Positions 60,540 through 64,000 of a DNA stretch of 64,000 nt are shown one piece after another. The notes under the pieces are model-generated. The model saw only the letters and a list, made by a program, of their open reading frames with translations. It searched no databases and was not told the DNA's origin. Source of the DNA: Phycisphaerae bacterium (GTDB taxonomy: Bacteria > Planctomycetota > Phycisphaerae > UBA1845 > Fen-1342); the NCBI GenBank assembly GCA_050115495.1, contig JASFQK010000004.1, forward strand, positions 32,001 to 96,000, in the 5' to 3' direction. Each line of letters opens with the position of its first letter. Positions within the stretch are counted from its first letter, which is position 1. The position numbers were made by a program, and so were the translations under genes.

Positions 60540-61853
60540 ATGATGCCACAGAATTGCGCCCGTAAGTCATACGTCTGGCGGCTGCTGGCGGTCGGTGTCG
60601 CCGCCGTGTCGCTCGGACTCATCCTCGTCGGCGGGTGCCCGGTGACGTCCGGCGATAGCTCTACGGACGGCGGGTTCGAGTTCAAAAACGACGCCGACCC
60701 CACCAACGGCGGGGCGAGCTACATCGGTTCGGTGGCGTGCGGCGCCTGCCACACCACCATCGCCGCCACGATGCAGAAACACGCCCACGCCCACGCCCTC
60801 ACGCCAATCCTCGGCCAGGCCCCGACCTTCCCCGCCGAAGCCACCCGCGCCGGCGTGCCCAACCCGCCGACCGGCCTTGCCTGGACCGACGTCAGCTACG
60901 TCATCTCTGGCTATCTGCATGGGGCGTTCTTCGTCGATGCGGACGGGTACGTTCTGACCGACGGGGTGGCCGGCGTGAACACGGGGTGGCAGTTGGCTTT
61001 CCCCGCCAACGGCACCGCCGCAGGCTTTGCCGCATACCTGCCCGCTCAGGTTGCGCCCAAGCCGTACGAGTACGAGACCTGTTTCCGCTGCCACACGACC
61101 GGCCCGCAGCCGCAGGACGCCGATCACCCCGAATCACAGGACGGCCGCCCCGGCATTCACGGCACCTGGGCCGAAGTCGGTGTGCAGTGCGAAGTCTGCC
61201 ACGGTCCGGGCAGCTTCCATGCCCCGCAGCCGGCCGAACGCGATATCTATGTTGATTCCGCCGCCACCGTCTGCGGCACGTGTCATACGGAGGGCGATGA
61301 TCCGGACGTGATCGTCTCCGCCGCCGGCTTCATGAGCGGCACCACGCAGTATCCGCAGTTGTTGGCCAGCGGCGGCCACAGCGATTTCGCCTGTGTCACC
61401 TGCCACGACCCGCACGCGTCGATCACGTACGACCGCACGAACGGTCTGCGTAACGACTGCACCGCCTGCCACACCGACGTGAACATGGCCTTCCACGACG
61501 GGGCCGTCTTCACCTTCGGCGACTACACCGAGACGGTGAACTGCCAGAGCTGCCACATGCCGCTGGCCGGCCTGAGCGTGAGTTCCGCCCCGGCGTCGCT
61601 CGTCGGCGACCTCGCCCGCATCGGCGACGTCCGCGCCCACATCTTCCGCATCGACACGCAGCACCCCGGCTACTCGGCGATGTTCACCGCTGATGGCACC
61701 GCGGTGCAGAAGGACGCCGCCGGCCGCGCCGCCGTCACGGTCGATTTCGTGTGCCTACGCTGCCATCACGGCGAGGGCAACGTCTTCCCCCTGACACTCG
61801 ACGGCGCCGTGACCATTGCCCGCCAGATCCACGCCCACGCCGAAGAAGAATAG
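60540..61853 (+). CDS. Octaheme c-type cytochrome lipoprotein (c554/MtrC-like motifs)
   Basis: VGGC lipobox; 8 CxxCH; YIGSVACGACH, GVQCEVCHGPGS. Confidence 0.92.
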   Translation: MMPQNCARKSYVWRLLAVGVAAVSLGLILVGGCPVTSGDSSTDGGFEFKNDADPTNGGASYIGSVACGACHTTIAATMQKHAHAHALTPILGQAPTFPAEATRAGVPNPPTGLAWTDVSYVISGYLHGAFFVDADGYVLTDGVAGVNTGWQLAFPANGTAAGFAAYLPAQVAPKPYEYETCFRCHTTGPQPQDADHPESQDGRPGIHGTWAEVGVQCEVCHGPGSFHAPQPAERDIYVDSAATVCGTCHTEGDDPDVIVSAAGFMSGTTQYPQLLASGGHSDFACVTCHDPHASITYDRTNGLRNDCTACHTDVNMAFHDGAVFTFGDYTETVNCQSCHMPLAGLSVSSAPASLVGDLARIGDVRAHIFRIDTQHPGYSAMFTADGTAVQKDAAGRAAVTVDFVCLRCHHGEGNVFPLTLDGAVTIARQIHAHAEEE

Positions 61854-61975
61854 CAACCCACCCCGCACCGAAGCCGCGGACCAGCAAGCCGCGGCAGGGG
61901 GGCGCAATAGAGAAGGCCGGCCCGGACAGCTTGTGCCCGGACCGGCCTTGTCGTTGAGCGGCAGCTCGTATTTCG

Positions 61976-63541
61976 TCAGCGAGCCAGCGGGTCGGTCAGC
62001 CCGACTTCCGTCCAGAACGCCGCCACGCCGTGGCAGTCGCTGCAGTCCAGGGCCATACTGGCCGGGGCCACCTCGTGGTTGATCGTGAGGTAGCTGACCG
62101 TGTGGGCGAAGCCATAGCTGCCGCTGTACGGCTGGCCCGTATAGGCCGCGCCGTCGGTGATGGCCAGGCCCCAGTCGTACTTGCTCCAGTACGGGTTCGC
62201 CCCGCCGAGCGTGCCGAACAGGTGCGGCACCATGATCCGCTTGTTCGTCAGGTCCGCCGGCTGCGCGCCGAGCATCTTCTTGAACGGATAGATCTTCGCG
62301 CCCGACGTGGCGCTCGTGGCCGTCGGCGCGGCGACGATTACGGGATCGGCCTCGGTGCCGGCGGCCGCATACGTGTCGGTCTCGTTGATGACCATGCGGC
62401 TCCAGTTGCCGTCGTACCACAGGTAGCTCGGCTGCACGCCCTGCGCCCAGACGAACGTGCCCTTCATCTTGTCATACAGCGGCCGGCCGTACTGGTCCGT
62501 GGTGACCGTGCGGGTGGCGTCGCCCGCCTCGCTCCAGTCCCACTCAACCTTCGTCGGCATGCTGCGGGCGAACGTCGGGATGTGGCAGGTCTGGCAGGCC
62601 ACGCGGTCCAGGTGCAGGTTGAGCAGGAAGGACACCGCCGAATTCGCCGCGTGCACGTTCGTCGCACCGTGGCAGCGCGTGCAATCGGGCGAGGCGGCGC
62701 CCTCGTCGACCGAGTGCAGCGGCATGCCGGCGATGCCGTGATGGCTTTCCGTGTGGCACGTCTGGCAGGAGAAGTCGTGACCACCCATGTGCACGTCCAT
62801 CTCCTCCGTCGGCTCGACCAGATCCGACGACAGGTCGCCGTGCTTCACATTGTCGCCACCGCCGGCGTAGAAGTGGCAGAAGCCGCAGTTGGCCCGCGTG
62901 GGCGTCCCGACGTTGTAGGCCACGTCCTGAAGCTCCGCCGCCGTCACCACGGTTAGCGTACCGTCGATGTTGAGGGCCGGCGGACCGCCACCGCCGTTGG
63001 CCGACGGGTGCTTCTTGTAGGTGCCGGTCGTGTCATGGCAGATGAGGCAGTCGACACTGTCCGTGTCGGTGAAATCGAACGTGTTGTCCTTCCAGCCGAA
63101 GCTCGGGTGACACTGCGTGCAGCGACCCTCGTTCGACGGGATGGCGATGCAGAAGCTGTTGATGAGGTTCTGCTTGCCGACGTCCTGGCCGGTCAGACCC
63201 TGCACGCGCGTCGTCGTGCCCACCCACGTCCAGTGGCCGGTGTCCACGAAGTCGCGGGCCACGTCCGAGTGGCAGATCATGCAGTTGTCCAGCGACGTGA
63301 ACCCCGTGGTGATGATCTCCGTGAAGATCTTCCCGTGCAGGGACAGCTCGGTCGTCGTGCCGTCACCGTCAGTCGTACCGTCACCATCGGTGGTGCCGTC
63401 ACCATCGGTCGTGCCATCGCCGTCGGTCGTGCCGTCACCGTCCGTCGGCGGCAGGAACGACGTGAGACAGCCGCCCATCGAGAAAGCCAGAAGAAGGCTC
63501 AAACCGCAGACGGTCAGCCAATGCAGAGGGCGTCTTACCAT
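61976..63541 (-). CDS. Octaheme tetrathionate reductase (OTR) family cytochrome c lipoprotein
   Basis: 8 CxxCH; HWTW, GKQNLINSFCIAIPSNEGRCTQCH, GGGDNVKHGDL, KIYPFK, INHEVAP; MGGC lipobox. Confidence 0.9.
   Translation of the reverse strand: MVRRPLHWLTVCGLSLLLAFSMGGCLTSFLPPTDGDGTTDGDGTTDGDGTTDGDGTTDGDGTTTELSLHGKIFTEIITTGFTSLDNCMICHSDVARDFVDTGHWTWVGTTTRVQGLTGQDVGKQNLINSFCIAIPSNEGRCTQCHPSFGWKDNTFDFTDTDSVDCLICHDTTGTYKKHPSANGGGGPPALNIDGTLTVVTAAELQDVAYNVGTPTRANCGFCHFYAGGGDNVKHGDLSSDLVEPTEEMDVHMGGHDFSCQTCHTESHHGIAGMPLHSVDEGAASPDCTRCHGATNVHAANSAVSFLLNLHLDRVACQTCHIPTFARSMPTKVEWDWSEAGDATRTVTTDQYGRPLYDKMKGTFVWAQGVQPSYLWYDGNWSRMVINETDTYAAAGTEADPVIVAAPTATSATSGAKIYPFKKMLGAQPADLTNKRIMVPHLFGTLGGANPYWSKYDWGLAITDGAAYTGQPYSGSYGFAHTVSYLTINHEVAPASMALDCSDCHGVAAFWTEVGLTDPLAR
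63356..63445 (-). repeat. 5 x 18-bp tandem repeat encoding TDGDGT
   Basis: Five degenerate 18-nt units inside the OTR N-terminal linker. Confidence 0.9.
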
Positions 63542-64000
63542 GTGGTGTTCCTCCTTCACTACAGCCGCGTGCCCGCGCAGCACCGCCCGGTTGTACTCGT
63601 GAATTGTCAAAGGCACCGCTTGTCGGCTGCGAAGCTCCGTGTCCGGGGCCGTCGGCCAGACAGCCTACGCTCGCCTGCACATGCCGCAGTATCGGCAGAC
63701 GCCGCAATCCGCACAATCGCCCACAGAGGGGGGCGCACTCCCCCATTGGGGGAGTCATCGCCGGCGGAGTCCGAATGCCACGAAGACGTCCGGGGCAGAG
63801 CCCGGACGCTACACGGGCGCCCGGTCCTACGGGCTCGCGTGGCTCGTCTCCACCGAGAACGCCGCTCCGGAACCGTGGCATACGGCGCAGCTCTCGGAGA
63901 ATGTGCCCGCCAGCGTGTTCAATTGCACGTGCACGGCCGCTGCCGGCGAATCATGGCAAGACGTGCAGGCCACCATCCAGATGCCCACGTCGTCGCGTTC

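Noticed and set aside
63600..64000. Hairpin (ACTCCCCCA-T-TGGGGGAGT) and ORF 63435-63881 upstream of the OTR gene
   Set aside because: No known riboswitch pattern, the ORF lacks coding features, and the context is cut off by the window edge.

Overview
High-GC bacterial chromosomal segment. Planctomycetota, probably Phycisphaerae, is an inference from the S12 sequence, PEP-CTERM proteins, the expanded CxxCGYxLxG..CPECG membrane-protein family and the REP types. About 1-34 kb is mostly housekeeping: hsp20 (partial), HtrA protease, recA, nnrE, two cyclophilins, thioesterase, CDGSH protein, polX, S9 peptidase, a REP-flanked RAYT transposase, sulfatase-like/response regulator/lptFG, a PEP-synthase-like receiver protein, tal, cca, an isolated rpsL-rpsG pair, a STAS/RsbW/STAS module, btaB-btaA-like betaine-lipid genes and clpB. 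About 34-52.6 kb is accessory. It holds a small 3-TM ORF missed by the ORF track, with an in-frame Cys-UGA and a SECIS-like hairpin (candidate selenoprotein); a PEP-CTERM plus HTH-like regulator unit; an FAD/Fe-S oxidoreductase with hemerythrin; REP clusters; and an array of otherwise unrelated membrane proteins sharing a C-terminal zinc ribbon. About 52.7-63.5 kb is a porin/NHL-propeller/multiheme-cytochrome cluster with an OTR-family octaheme (39 canonical CxxCH motifs), a candidate extracellular electron-transfer conduit. No rRNA, tRNA or CRISPR array was recognised. All calls are from motif reading only, and several starts were reassigned by eye.
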